Assembly: GCA_937966215.1 (NCBI GenBank)
Contig: CALCKK010000039.1
Coordinates: forward strand, 4,452-68,451
Direction: 5' to 3'
Source of the DNA: an uncultured Collinsella sp.
GTDB taxonomy: Bacteria > Actinomycetota > Coriobacteriia > Coriobacteriales > Coriobacteriaceae
DNA: 64,000 bases
Below are positions 48,997 through 57,911 of this stretch, one piece after another. The position numbers and the translations under genes were made by a program. The stretch's first letter is position 1, and each line of letters starts with the position of its first letter. Below the pieces are notes generated by a model that was not told where the DNA came from, made no database searches, and worked only from the letters and a program-made list of their open reading frames with translations.

Positions 48997-49086
48997 TTAT
49001 AAAGTGGCGCTTGCAGTTGGGGTGGCAGAACAGCCTCCAACGCTTTGAACCACGATGTGAAATACTACCATGCGCGCGGCACCCGT

Positions 49087-49119
49087 TCAACGCACGATCT
49101 TGTCGACCAGGAGGATCAT
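49087..49119 (-). pseudogene. Remnant of the ABC-F 5' end (10 codons) inside repeat copy B
   Basis: The minus strand reads ATG ATC CTC CTG GTC GAC AAG ATC GTG CGT TGA ([10 protein letters not shown]). The first 8 codons are identical to the start of the ABC-F gene at 48297. Confidence 0.8.
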
Positions 49120-49326
49120 GCTGCCGCCTTTGAGCTTGTGTGCCTATATGAAAAAAGGCTCCAACTTGCGTTGGAGCCTCATTCAATGCTCGGGTGGAGA
49201 CGAGGGGGATCGAACCCCTGACCTCTTGACTGCCAGTCAAGCGCTCTCCCAGCTGAGCTACGCCCCCGTGCGAAGAAGTACTATACGGGAACTCGGACCA
49301 CGATGCAAGGACAATTTTGGAAAATT
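49095..49326. repeat. Direct repeat copy B (232 bp)
   Basis: See copy A. Beyond 49326 only loose similarity to the region after 48504 remains (for example cgcaggtag...gaaat.c.gggtatgg at 48710 and 49494). Confidence 0.9.
49195..49267 (-). tRNA. tRNA-Ala (anticodon GGC), copy B
   Basis: Sequence identical to copy A at 48373-48445. Confidence 0.92.
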
Positions 49327-49634
49327 TCGCAGTCGCGGCGCGTTCCGCCATCCGCCCAACGGCCGTCTTGCCGGCGCCAGGCCCATTACCGGGGCCGACC
49401 GCGCCCCCGCCGACCCGGCGATTCCAAAACCATGCCGGTTTACGGGGCCAGGCCGGGAACCCCCGAGCATGCCGTAATCGGTAAAATCAAAATCGCAGGT
49501 AGGCGACTTGCGCATTCCGTGAAATGCAGGGTATGGACGGCCGGTCCGGGTCCAGCCCCGTAATCCGGCACAGTTTTGAAATGACATTAATTCACTAACA
49601 GGCAAACTAGGTAGTTCTAGCGCCTTGTCGCCGG

Positions 49635-50792
49635 CTAATTTCCGATTTCCAACCAGTTGCACAAAACATTTGCTCGCAGTCTCGTCTCGGCGCACTTCAT
49701 TGCCTCAGTTTTGACTTTATAGCGAATCCCTAAACGGTCGCAGACACTTCTGACTATGGTGTCTAGCTGCTTTGAATCGTTGAGCATATCGTGAGTCACC
49801 AGGAATACATCGAATCCCATGCTCTGCAACGCAGTCATGCGTTCCGCATCGTGGTCAAGTATTGCACCTGAACCATGAATGACTTCACCTTGGATTTCGA
49901 TAATTGCCCCTTTCATAAGAATCGGATTTACGATCACGATATCGCCGTAGCAGACCTTTTGACCTGCGATGCTTTGCGCCGATATGGAAAGAGGAGTTAA
50001 GTCGTTGGCATAAACGTTCGTGAAGCCAGCGCCGCCAAGACGCCGCGGACGGTTTAGAAGCAAGATTCCTGCAACCTCGAGCGGAGACGCAGCAATGCCG
50101 ATAACCTGCTGAGCGGCATCATAAAACTGCTTTCCCCACATTTGACTTTTGACCTTGTCGGCGAAACGATGCAGGTCGCTCAGCTCGATGAGCGGCTTTC
50201 TCATCCAGAGAGAAGTACCTTTGAGTTTCGTAACCTCTCTTCCATCTTCACGCTTGCTCGTTTGGCTATCATTATCTGGGTCCTTAACGGTTGCGCGGGC
50301 ATAAACTCGTTTCCAAGGAACCTCGTCTTCGCCTTCTCCAAGTTCGAACAGATCCTGCGTGCTGGAATTGCGATTCTCCTCTACCGCCATTTTTAACTGC
50401 ATTTCGGCAGCGGGAGCCGGCTCGAAAACAGAAAACCAACCGCAAAGTTCGTACATAGCCAGTACGAGATCTATTTGGGATACAAAGCGTGTCATAGTAA
50501 ATAACGTGTTAAGCGGATTGGTGACACAAAAGCCTAAATTAGTGTCGATTGTTGTGCCGGCATCCGATGCCCCTTCCCAGCGAATAGTAGAGCGCAATCC
50601 CGAGTGGTGATTACAACAACCTGGCGAAGTAACAGCGATAATTGGGGTCTTGAGGACTTCGGTTACAAAAGGGGCTTGGGATAGAGCTCGCCAGCCGTCT
50701 TCGGAGTTGGGCAGGCGCGGGTAGAGATTGCGCACCTGCGGTGGGCAGCGCCAATAGCGGAATGCAGTGTTTGCGCAGACGATATCGTCCAT
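49635..50792 (-). CDS. Hypothetical protein with C-terminal DUF559/Vsr-like endonuclease-fold domain
   Basis: The C-terminus GAIIEIQGEVIHGSGAILDHDAERMTALQSMGFDVFLVTHDML resembles the DUF559 pattern (hE.DG..H...D..R...L...G..V.R). The N-terminal 250 aa were not recognised. GC content is visibly lower than in the core genes. Confidence 0.45.
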   Translation of the reverse strand: MDDIVCANTAFRYWRCPPQVRNLYPRLPNSEDGWRALSQAPFVTEVLKTPIIAVTSPGCCNHHSGLRSTIRWEGASDAGTTIDTNLGFCVTNPLNTLFTMTRFVSQIDLVLAMYELCGWFSVFEPAPAAEMQLKMAVEENRNSSTQDLFELGEGEDEVPWKRVYARATVKDPDNDSQTSKREDGREVTKLKGTSLWMRKPLIELSDLHRFADKVKSQMWGKQFYDAAQQVIGIAASPLEVAGILLLNRPRRLGGAGFTNVYANDLTPLSISAQSIAGQKVCYGDIVIVNPILMKGAIIEIQGEVIHGSGAILDHDAERMTALQSMGFDVFLVTHDMLNDSKQLDTIVRSVCDRLGIRYKVKTEAMKCAETRLRANVLCNWLEIGN

Positions 50793-51161
50793 TTGCGCCT
50801 CCCCTGGTATCGGCCGTAGGCCGTGCGGATTGCGGGCAAGGTCGATTATCTACTGGCGCATCATGCGGGTAAGTACGGGTAGCTGACCAAACACTGACCA
50901 AAAGCTTGACGCAATCTATTGAAAATCCGCCATAGACATGAACGTGCTGGTACGAGCTGTGAGCCAGTGGTCTCTGTCTCCACAATTGCGCATAGATTGC
51001 GCAGAGAATTCAATGAATGAACGCAGATGCACTTTTCAAAACGTGCGATGACGACAACTAAAGTGAACTGCATAACATACAACGCTTTAGGTAAATTCGG
51101 TTCGATTTGGCATCATATGAAAAAAGGCCAGAGGCTTAACACCTCTGACCTGCGCTTTTGA

Positions 51162-51236
51162 TGGTGGGCGATACAAGATTCGAACTTGTGACCCCATCCG
51201 TGTGAAGGATATGCTCTACCCCTGAGCCAATCGCCC
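51162..51236 (-). tRNA. tRNA-Val (anticodon CAC), CCA encoded
   Basis: The reverse complement is GGGCGATTGGCTCAGGGGTAGAGCATATCCTTCACACGGATGGGGTCACAAGTTCGAATCTTGTATCGCCCACCA. A terminator-like hairpin ggccagagg-cttaaca-cctctgacc lies downstream at 51126-51150. Confidence 0.9.
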
Positions 51237-51380
51237 GTCGCCTTTCGGCAAAAGAGATACTAACATAGCCGCGCGTGGTTTACCAAGAACTTTTTGCCCT
51301 CGATTTTAAATTCGTGGGTGCTAGCCAAGCCAAAACAATCAAAGCAATCTGAAAAACCGCAGCTAAACCACCCTTTATCG

Positions 51381-52184
51381 TTAAATCCACGAGGTCTCGG
51401 GACGGCAGATAAGTCGCGCGTTGTTGTAGGCCATGTCGAGCGTGAGGCAGGTGCGTGCGGCGTAGAAACCGTCCTCGCGCTGGATGGTCAGCGCCAGCAC
51501 GGGCTTGTCGCCGGTTAGGCACAGCGGCAAGAGCAGCTGGATCCGGCCGCCGTAGAACTGCGGCACGGCGAGTGTGTAGTTGGCGGCGGCGCGGCGGGCG
51601 GCCTCGACGACGGCACCCTCAAAGGCGCGGCGCAGCAGCAGCGAGTTACCCTCCCCCATCAGGCTGGCAGGAATGCGCGTCAGGTTCTCCTCGTCGCCCA
51701 GAATGTGATCGATGTTGGAGCGGATGGGAAGGCGGTGGTCAAAGACCAGCTCGGAAGGGTCCTCGGCAAAGCGTACGCGGCACGGCAGGTACTCAAACGA
51801 GACTAGCATGGGGTCGCTTTCCTTAAAGGAGCCCTTCAAAAACCAGTGCTGGTGCGCGTCGGGCTTGGTGTTGGGCTCAAACAGGCCGTAGGTGGTCTCG
51901 TAGCGGCGCGTGTGCAGGCCGGTGTTGAATAGGCAGCGGACGTCGTCGAACACCAGCGGCAAGTTGGACGGGGCGGTCTGGTCCACGTCGCGCTCGGTCA
52001 GGAACACCGCGCGGCTAAACGAAAACGACAGGTAGTTTTTGAGGATGCGGTTGCCGGGGCCCCAGTCCTCGGGGTCGGCGAGGTCGACCAGGCGGTCGTA
52101 GCAGGGCTCGGGGCAAAACGCGAAGTCGTACACATTGCTGCACAGGGTGCTGGGGATCTCCGTGTGGTGTCCAATCCATTTCAT
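51381..52184 (-). CDS. DUF3825-like protein
   Basis: ILKNYLSFSF, FNTGL, SNIDHILGDEENLTRIP, NYTLAVPQFYGGRIQLLLPL and LDMAYNNARLI match my recollection of DUF3825 conserved blocks. No database check was possible. Confidence 0.45.
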   Translation of the reverse strand: MKWIGHHTEIPSTLCSNVYDFAFCPEPCYDRLVDLADPEDWGPGNRILKNYLSFSFSRAVFLTERDVDQTAPSNLPLVFDDVRCLFNTGLHTRRYETTYGLFEPNTKPDAHQHWFLKGSFKESDPMLVSFEYLPCRVRFAEDPSELVFDHRLPIRSNIDHILGDEENLTRIPASLMGEGNSLLLRRAFEGAVVEAARRAAANYTLAVPQFYGGRIQLLLPLCLTGDKPVLALTIQREDGFYAARTCLTLDMAYNNARLICRPETSWI

Positions 52185-52520
52185 AACTGGAGTGCGGATC
52201 CTTAGATTCTATACGCGCGACAGGTCGCCGGCTCGCCACAAAGCAATTGCGACCTTGCTTTTTGACGAGCTTGTCGCGGGAGTGGCTTTCGAAAACGAGG
52301 TCGCGGATCCAAGCGAAGTGCGGAGTAAAACCAAGGCCCGTCGACCAGACCCCGGTTTTACGCTTTTGCGACATGCGTTTTTTAAATAGAGGATGTGTTG
52401 GGGCTGCTATGGCTGCCATGTAATTTAAAAACAAAAGACCGCTCAACAGATAGGGGTGCCCCGGCATTGGCCGGGGCACCCCGTCTCGGAAGCCATATTG
52501 CTTACCTTTAGATCACTTGA

Positions 52521-53306
52521 CTATTTACGAAAAGCAAGGAAAACCGCCGCTGCGATGCATATGATGCCTATCACGAGCGGAAGCCACGCCTTATCTTCTT
52601 TATCCTTAACAAGAAAAGCCTCAATTGCGGACGCAAGGACCAGGAATCCGCCGATAATCAGCAGATCAAGCGCAACGAAACGGACGGTCGTTATATCGGA
52701 AGAAACCCCTCCGGCATTAACGTTCACAAGCGTGAAGATCGCGGCAAAAATGGCGAAGAGAGCCAGAACATTGCCATAGATACGAGACTCGATGTTGGCG
52801 ACTTCGTTCTTTTTATCCTCGACCTTTTTGAGCTCTCCGGCATAGACGTCGGAATAGTCGGCAAGCCCATTAAAATTGAGCTCATCGGAAAAGGCTCCAT
52901 GGTAAGGATGAGCAACCGTGCCTTCGACGCGCTGGAATGCGACTTGCGCGATACCCTTAGATTTATCAAGGGCAATCGTGTTGCCGCTTACGTTTGTAAC
53001 ACGGTAGAACAGCCGTGTTCCATGACCGGGGAAATATAGCGGCGCATCCAAAGAAAGCCCCTGGCGAATGCGCGAATTGCGTAAAAGAACGCTAGCGGTC
53101 AAATCGTTGGGCAGCGCGATACATTCAACGCAAGAGACAAAAGTCGAGTCTCCAGGGCCAAGTTCGACCTCGGATTGCTTGCTTTCGTTAACGTAGAACC
53201 CGTCAGTGCGCAAGTCATACGTAACCTGTCCGATGTTCGAAGCATCGGCATTGAGCAGCACCTTGCTGTCGATGAGCTCCTGAATCTTAGTATCGCTCAA
53301 GTACAT
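52521..53306 (-). CDS. dCTP deaminase/dUTPase-fold domain fused to a C-terminal multi-TM region
   Basis: The N-terminal 170 aa or so align by eye with Dcd (MYLSDTKIQELI..., ELGPGDSTFVSCVECIALPNDL, LLRNSRIRQGL, FPGHGTRLFYRVTN, IAQVAF). A coiled segment and 3 hydrophobic helices follow (VLALFAIFAAIFTLV, FVALDLLIIGGFLVLASAI, LPLVIGIICIAAAVFLAF). The ATG at 53306 follows aaggaag. Confidence 0.7.
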   Translation of the reverse strand: MYLSDTKIQELIDSKVLLNADASNIGQVTYDLRTDGFYVNESKQSEVELGPGDSTFVSCVECIALPNDLTASVLLRNSRIRQGLSLDAPLYFPGHGTRLFYRVTNVSGNTIALDKSKGIAQVAFQRVEGTVAHPYHGAFSDELNFNGLADYSDVYAGELKKVEDKKNEVANIESRIYGNVLALFAIFAAIFTLVNVNAGGVSSDITTVRFVALDLLIIGGFLVLASAIEAFLVKDKEDKAWLPLVIGIICIAAAVFLAFRK

Positions 53307-53430
53307 ATGAATCACTTCCTTAGGACAACGAGTATAGCACTGAGGTATTGCGCTGGCGGCTGTCCCCAAAGGGGACATAGGGGAAGAAGTTTGAACACAT
53401 ATTTAAGGCTCGGACACGTGGTTGCGATTC

Positions 53431-54309
53431 CTATTCCTCGTCCGGAAGTAGAAACCTGGTATACATCTGAAAGACGGCAAGAAGAAATAGGTCTTCCATG
53501 GTCTCGATTCTCTCGCCATCGAAACCGCCGGGGCACCCGTAGTCCTTATCGTTGGCCTCGTCACCAGAGCCGTAGGTCGCCGCGTAGAATGCAACGGTTA
53601 ACGCGAATCGGCAGGCCTCAATCTCGGAGCTCGATTCGAATTGATATTCATTTTTCAGATAGGAAATGGGGGCGAAGGAAGCGACCCTGGATTCGAAGGC
53701 CTCGGAAAGGACCTTACGGATAAGGTAATCGTACCCCGGGGAACAGCTATCAGGGGGCAGAAAGGAAGAGTCCAGGCACTCAGAAAGAAGGTCAACCCGA
53801 GGTTCTGGCAGCCTCTCCCCCGCATACCTTTCGAGGCTGCGAAGCACGTATTTCCCATCATCATAAAGAACGGGTTCATCTTCTGGGAAGCGGTCACGGA
53901 GGGCGGCTTCGACTGCGGTGATGCAACGGACGAACAGGTCATCCTCTCCCCTGACCCGCAAGTCAAGATTGCAGTATTTAAGAATTAGATTCTGTACCTC
54001 CGGCACGAGACAACAAAAGTTCCGGTACATCTCACGTGAATAATAAAAAAGGTCATTGTGCATGGCGGCGACAGCGCAAAGCGGAATTAATCCTCTGTCT
54101 GAGTAATACTTCGAGATAAACTCGATTGCCTGCGCCTTATTCCCTTCGGCGTGTCTGCGTTCGTCTCTTTCGTCCTGGCGACGCTCGAATTCCTCCATGC
54201 GCTTGCTCTGGCAACACTGTTTCTTGCCAATGATGGCTGTCACAATTAAAGAGATAAACGCGCATATTAATTCAGCCAATTCGTTCCACTTCACAAGAAA
54301 CCCCCACAA
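53431..54309 (-). CDS. Membrane-anchored hypothetical protein
   Basis: N-terminal TM helix (LAELICAFISLIVTAIIG), a charged helix (EEFERRQDERDERRH) and a 230-aa domain with no recognisable motif. It lies directly upstream of the Dcd-TM gene on the same strand. Confidence 0.5.
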   Translation of the reverse strand: MWGFLVKWNELAELICAFISLIVTAIIGKKQCCQSKRMEEFERRQDERDERRHAEGNKAQAIEFISKYYSDRGLIPLCAVAAMHNDLFYYSREMYRNFCCLVPEVQNLILKYCNLDLRVRGEDDLFVRCITAVEAALRDRFPEDEPVLYDDGKYVLRSLERYAGERLPEPRVDLLSECLDSSFLPPDSCSPGYDYLIRKVLSEAFESRVASFAPISYLKNEYQFESSSEIEACRFALTVAFYAATYGSGDEANDKDYGCPGGFDGERIETMEDLFLLAVFQMYTRFLLPDEE

Positions 54310-54735
54310 TACTTAATGGTGTTGCAATTCTATATACCAAGCAATTCTACGCATGGGACGTAGGCCTCGACCGCAACAGCCGGATATACGCAAAAGAGGG
54401 GTTAGACCATACTGCTTGCACTATAAATGAATTCAGCGGATCTAAATCCGCCTTGCGCTCGACCCTGATTGTTGCATTGCGGTGCTCTGTGTACTGCCGA
54501 TATTGCGCTTGGGCACCGGAGCCGACATAAGTCCCGGTGCCCTTTTTGCTGTTTGTGATCTGCACCACCTTATTGTTGAATTCTTTTCTCCCGTATATCA
54601 ACCCGGGTCTCGTTGCCGCGATTCAGCCCATGGACGCGTCCGTATGGCCTCTGCCTTCGATAATTGGGCGCCTATAAGCAAACAAGCAAATAGCAATGCC
54701 TTGTGGATGTCCCTTTCTTCCAAATGGCAGCTATC

Positions 54736-55875
54736 TCAACAACGACATGCGGCAGCTAGAAGCATTGTACCAAGCAGGAAAAGCGTCACGGAAGCTGCGA
54801 CCCAGTTGTTGTCGCCGGTCTTGGGGAGTAACGCAGTTGTCGCGGTGGCGGTTGCGGTCTTGGGCTTATAGGACGTGGACACCGTGGTCTTGGTTACTGT
54901 CGTTGTTGTCTTGGTTGTCGCGGCCGCGGGCTTCAGCGAGGGATTTGCCGTGGGTACCGTGGTGGGCTCTCCGGTAGCGGGGTTGGCATTGGCGGGAGAC
55001 TTGTCCGTGCTATCGCCCAGCACGTCGTGTCCATCGGTCTCCCCCGCCGGAGGCGTGGCCACATCGGGCTCAACCACCACATGCGGTGCCACCGCACCGG
55101 AGGCGTCCACCACGCCGCTAGCACCAAAAGCCCCACCAGCAGGCGTCACAAACCGCGCAGATACAAGTGACCCGCCCGTGCTCGCAAGGCCGCCGTCGGC
55201 ACCGGTCGCATCGAGCCACGAGGCGTCGACGGAAAGCCGACAGCCGGCCGCACCGTCGCCAAGGCCCGCATCCTGCAGACACACGCCGTAGGCGCGCACG
55301 CCCGCTCCGGACCCGGCGCCCGCGGCGACGAAGCGCCCGCCGCCGCGCACGGCCATATCGCCTGCGATCACGCCGGCGACCGCCTCGTCCGTAATATCGG
55401 CCCCATCCGCCCGCGCATCGACGGTGCATCCGTCCACCACGAGCGCCTGCGAGACGTGGATCCCGCACTGTGAGCCCGTCGCCGTCAGGGTCCCGGTACC
55501 GCGAAGCGTCAGGTTGCCCCACACCTCCATGCCGCACAGCGTGATGTCCGCATCGGGCGCATGCGACTCCGTCACGGAGTTTTGCCCGGCAAGCGTCAGC
55601 ACCAGGTCGCCTTCGGCGCCGATGGCCTCCCCCGCGTAGCCGTTAAGCTCCAGGTGGTCGGCATCGGTCCAGGCCCAGCCGGGGCCCGACGCGCCCGGCT
55701 CGTAGTACGTCTCGCCCGCGATGATGAGGCTCTCCGCGCCCGCGGCATAAGAAGGCCCGCCCAGCAAAACGCATAGGCAGGCCATGGCAGCGATCGCGAT
55801 GTGATGACGGCTGGTGTGGGACTCGGCAGCAAACATACCCGCTCCGATCTTCGCAGGAGCCAATAGAATGTGCAC
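54736..55875 (-). CDS. LPXTG cell-wall-anchored surface protein
   Basis: Signal peptide (IAIAAMACLCVLLGGPSYAAGA), a Gly/Ala/Asp-rich beta-like region, a Thr/Lys/Pro stalk and a C-terminal LPKTG motif with a hydrophobic helix and tail. The start is possibly Met14. Confidence 0.8.
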   Translation of the reverse strand: MHILLAPAKIGAGMFAAESHTSRHHIAIAAMACLCVLLGGPSYAAGAESLIIAGETYYEPGASGPGWAWTDADHLELNGYAGEAIGAEGDLVLTLAGQNSVTESHAPDADITLCGMEVWGNLTLRGTGTLTATGSQCGIHVSQALVVDGCTVDARADGADITDEAVAGVIAGDMAVRGGGRFVAAGAGSGAGVRAYGVCLQDAGLGDGAAGCRLSVDASWLDATGADGGLASTGGSLVSARFVTPAGGAFGASGVVDASGAVAPHVVVEPDVATPPAGETDGHDVLGDSTDKSPANANPATGEPTTVPTANPSLKPAAATTKTTTTVTKTTVSTSYKPKTATATATTALLPKTGDNNWVAASVTLFLLGTMLLAAACRC

Positions 55876-56077
55876 CAGAAAATGCCCTGGTAGCAGCAGT
55901 TATTAGTTTAGCGAGATCAGACGATGAGCAAAGAATAAAACCGTGATCAACTCCCAAAATTAGGTGTAAATCGTTTTGCCAGTCGGCGAAAGGAAGAATC
56001 GCCTCGAGTCGATTGGCGTTCATAAATTCCTAAGTCTGTAACAAAGGACCCTTACAGGTTGAAATCGTAAGAATAGC

Positions 56078-57871
56078 CTACTTTGACAATTGCTTAAAAT
56101 CCTGAGCTGATGATTCCGCAGCCTCAACCATTGTTAACCAATCGTCTAATTTTGGAGGACGAACGGTCCATAAAGTATCTCGGCCCTTCAGCACATCTTC
56201 ATTTGGTGGAACCATTGCACATATAGCTTTGTTTCCGTACTGATCATCTGGGCTTAAGACTAGCTTACGTTCAGAATCTTTTATTTGGTCTGCTGAGCAT
56301 TCTGAAGAACCAATTACTAGAGTAGTCTGTGCAAAACCGCAGAATGCCTCTTTGCTTCCAAGCTTAACAGCTATAGGCTTAATCCAGCGCGCTAAAGAGG
56401 GGTATTCAAAGTTTGGGACTTCATCCCCTTCTAGATTAAACCCATGTGATTCCCAACTATATACAATCGTTTCGCCATCGAGCAGTCTTGCTGCATCTTT
56501 AATATTTGCGACTTCTCCTTTAGTGATTTTAAAATAATCAGGGAAAGGCATTTCGCCGTCCGCAGCCCTGTTAATAGTTTCTAACGCAACCGCAAGACCG
56601 TATATGGCATTTACTTCGGCAACCACATCATCCCTGAGGCCGAGATAAAAATAGAGAGCACTCGTGCCATCGATTCGAAGCTCCACTTTTTCATCTTCGG
56701 CTTCGCTTAAGAATCGATAAGTTCTTACTACATCTCGAGAACGCTTATTGAGTAATTTGTTAAATGAAAACTCATAGTTAATCGTTCCGCCGGACTGGCT
56801 GCCGATCCATTTAAAGCTCAATCGAAAGGTTTCCGTCGCGTCATGGGCAGAAAAGAAAGCTCCCTTCGTTCCATGAGTGGCCTTATCAACTATTAGATGT
56901 AGTTCACCACAGCCTTCCCAGAACAACGAAGCCGACCTTATGCAAGTTGATGTGGGCAGATCAAGGGTCTTAATGATTCCCTTTCGAATACCATCGCAGG
57001 AACGTCCAACGGGCAATTGGTAGGCCTGATCAATCACTTCCGCCGGCAACGAAGTGAAGGGCATACCATACTCGATAAAATTTTTGGCCTGTTCCTTCTC
57101 ATCGTCAGTCCCTGCAGTGATTTTCAGTGAAAACCTTAATGGATGCAGCATTGAAGCAATTGGCGTCTTTTCAATTACGTCGATTGCGATTCGACCTGCT
57201 CCCGGGGTTACTAGAATTTGGGACATAACAACGCCAGGGGCACATGCGCAAAAATCATCGCGTTTGTCGTATTCTGAGAGCACGTGAACTGAATATGCAT
57301 AGTAAGGGTCCAGTTTATCAAGATGGGAACATAGATCGCGCAGCCTATTTTCGAGAATGGCTGGATCGCTGCAGTCTGGAAGATTGGCCATGGAGAGCAG
57401 TTTCGCAGCATACTCAGAGACCTCTTCTTTTCCATTTGAAAAGTAATAATCAATTACTTCTGGGTGTTTGGACGCCCAGCCATCAACTCTTGAAAGGCCA
57501 TCCCAGACGAATTTTGTACCAGAAGTTTCAACCAGCTCCTTAGCCCATCTTAGATTCTCATTTGTGGGATCTAATGGCATAACAAGATGCCAGCTATTTA
57601 TTTTTACATGCAAATCGACTGTGGTTGCCGATAATTCCTGCCACGAATTTTCAATCTGAGCTTTCTGGCCGTTTTTTAGATTTTCAGCAAATTTCTTAAT
57701 TTGATATATGTCGACCGTTTCAGCATCAAGGTAAACGATAAGGTCAATTCCTCCATCGCCCCTAGAAGGTCGAATTTTAATGGCGTCTCGCTCTTCAAGA
57801 GAAATAAACGTCGCAAGAACTGACTCGATATCCTCACCTGAATATCGAGTCCAAGGGATACGTCCAGTCAT
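56078..57871 (-). CDS. Large protein with N-terminal PD-(D/E)xK (Mrr-like) nuclease motif and an unrecognised C-terminal 450 aa
   Basis: The N-terminus WTRYSGEDIESVLATFISL...RPSRGDGGIDLIVY...VDIYQIKKF matches the Mrr-cat pattern (GDGGID ... Q-x-K). No P-loop was found. It lies 41 nt downstream of the RT gene on the same strand in AT-rich DNA. Confidence 0.6.
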   Translation of the reverse strand: MTGRIPWTRYSGEDIESVLATFISLEERDAIKIRPSRGDGGIDLIVYLDAETVDIYQIKKFAENLKNGQKAQIENSWQELSATTVDLHVKINSWHLVMPLDPTNENLRWAKELVETSGTKFVWDGLSRVDGWASKHPEVIDYYFSNGKEEVSEYAAKLLSMANLPDCSDPAILENRLRDLCSHLDKLDPYYAYSVHVLSEYDKRDDFCACAPGVVMSQILVTPGAGRIAIDVIEKTPIASMLHPLRFSLKITAGTDDEKEQAKNFIEYGMPFTSLPAEVIDQAYQLPVGRSCDGIRKGIIKTLDLPTSTCIRSASLFWEGCGELHLIVDKATHGTKGAFFSAHDATETFRLSFKWIGSQSGGTINYEFSFNKLLNKRSRDVVRTYRFLSEAEDEKVELRIDGTSALYFYLGLRDDVVAEVNAIYGLAVALETINRAADGEMPFPDYFKITKGEVANIKDAARLLDGETIVYSWESHGFNLEGDEVPNFEYPSLARWIKPIAVKLGSKEAFCGFAQTTLVIGSSECSADQIKDSERKLVLSPDDQYGNKAICAMVPPNEDVLKGRDTLWTVRPPKLDDWLTMVEAAESSAQDFKQLSK

Positions 57872-57911
57872 CGCTGCACCTCAATAGAAGCTAAATAAAA
57901 AAATCCAATCA

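Noticed and set aside
48300-51300. Searched for an integrase/recombinase or an att-type partial tRNA repeat that would define a classical tRNA-inserted island or prophage.
   Set aside because: No tyrosine or serine recombinase, phage structural gene or transposase ORF is present anywhere in the window. I found no partial copies of the 3' ends of tRNA-Ala, tRNA-Val or tRNA-Pro near the island borders at about 56 kb or 63.3 kb.
54347-54601. An 84-aa minus-strand ORF between the LPXTG gene and the 53431-54309 gene.
   Set aside because: It has a TTG start with no visible Shine-Dalgarno sequence, no recognisable motif, and a C-terminal part that looks like translated spacer. This is not enough support to call a gene, though a small protein cannot be excluded.
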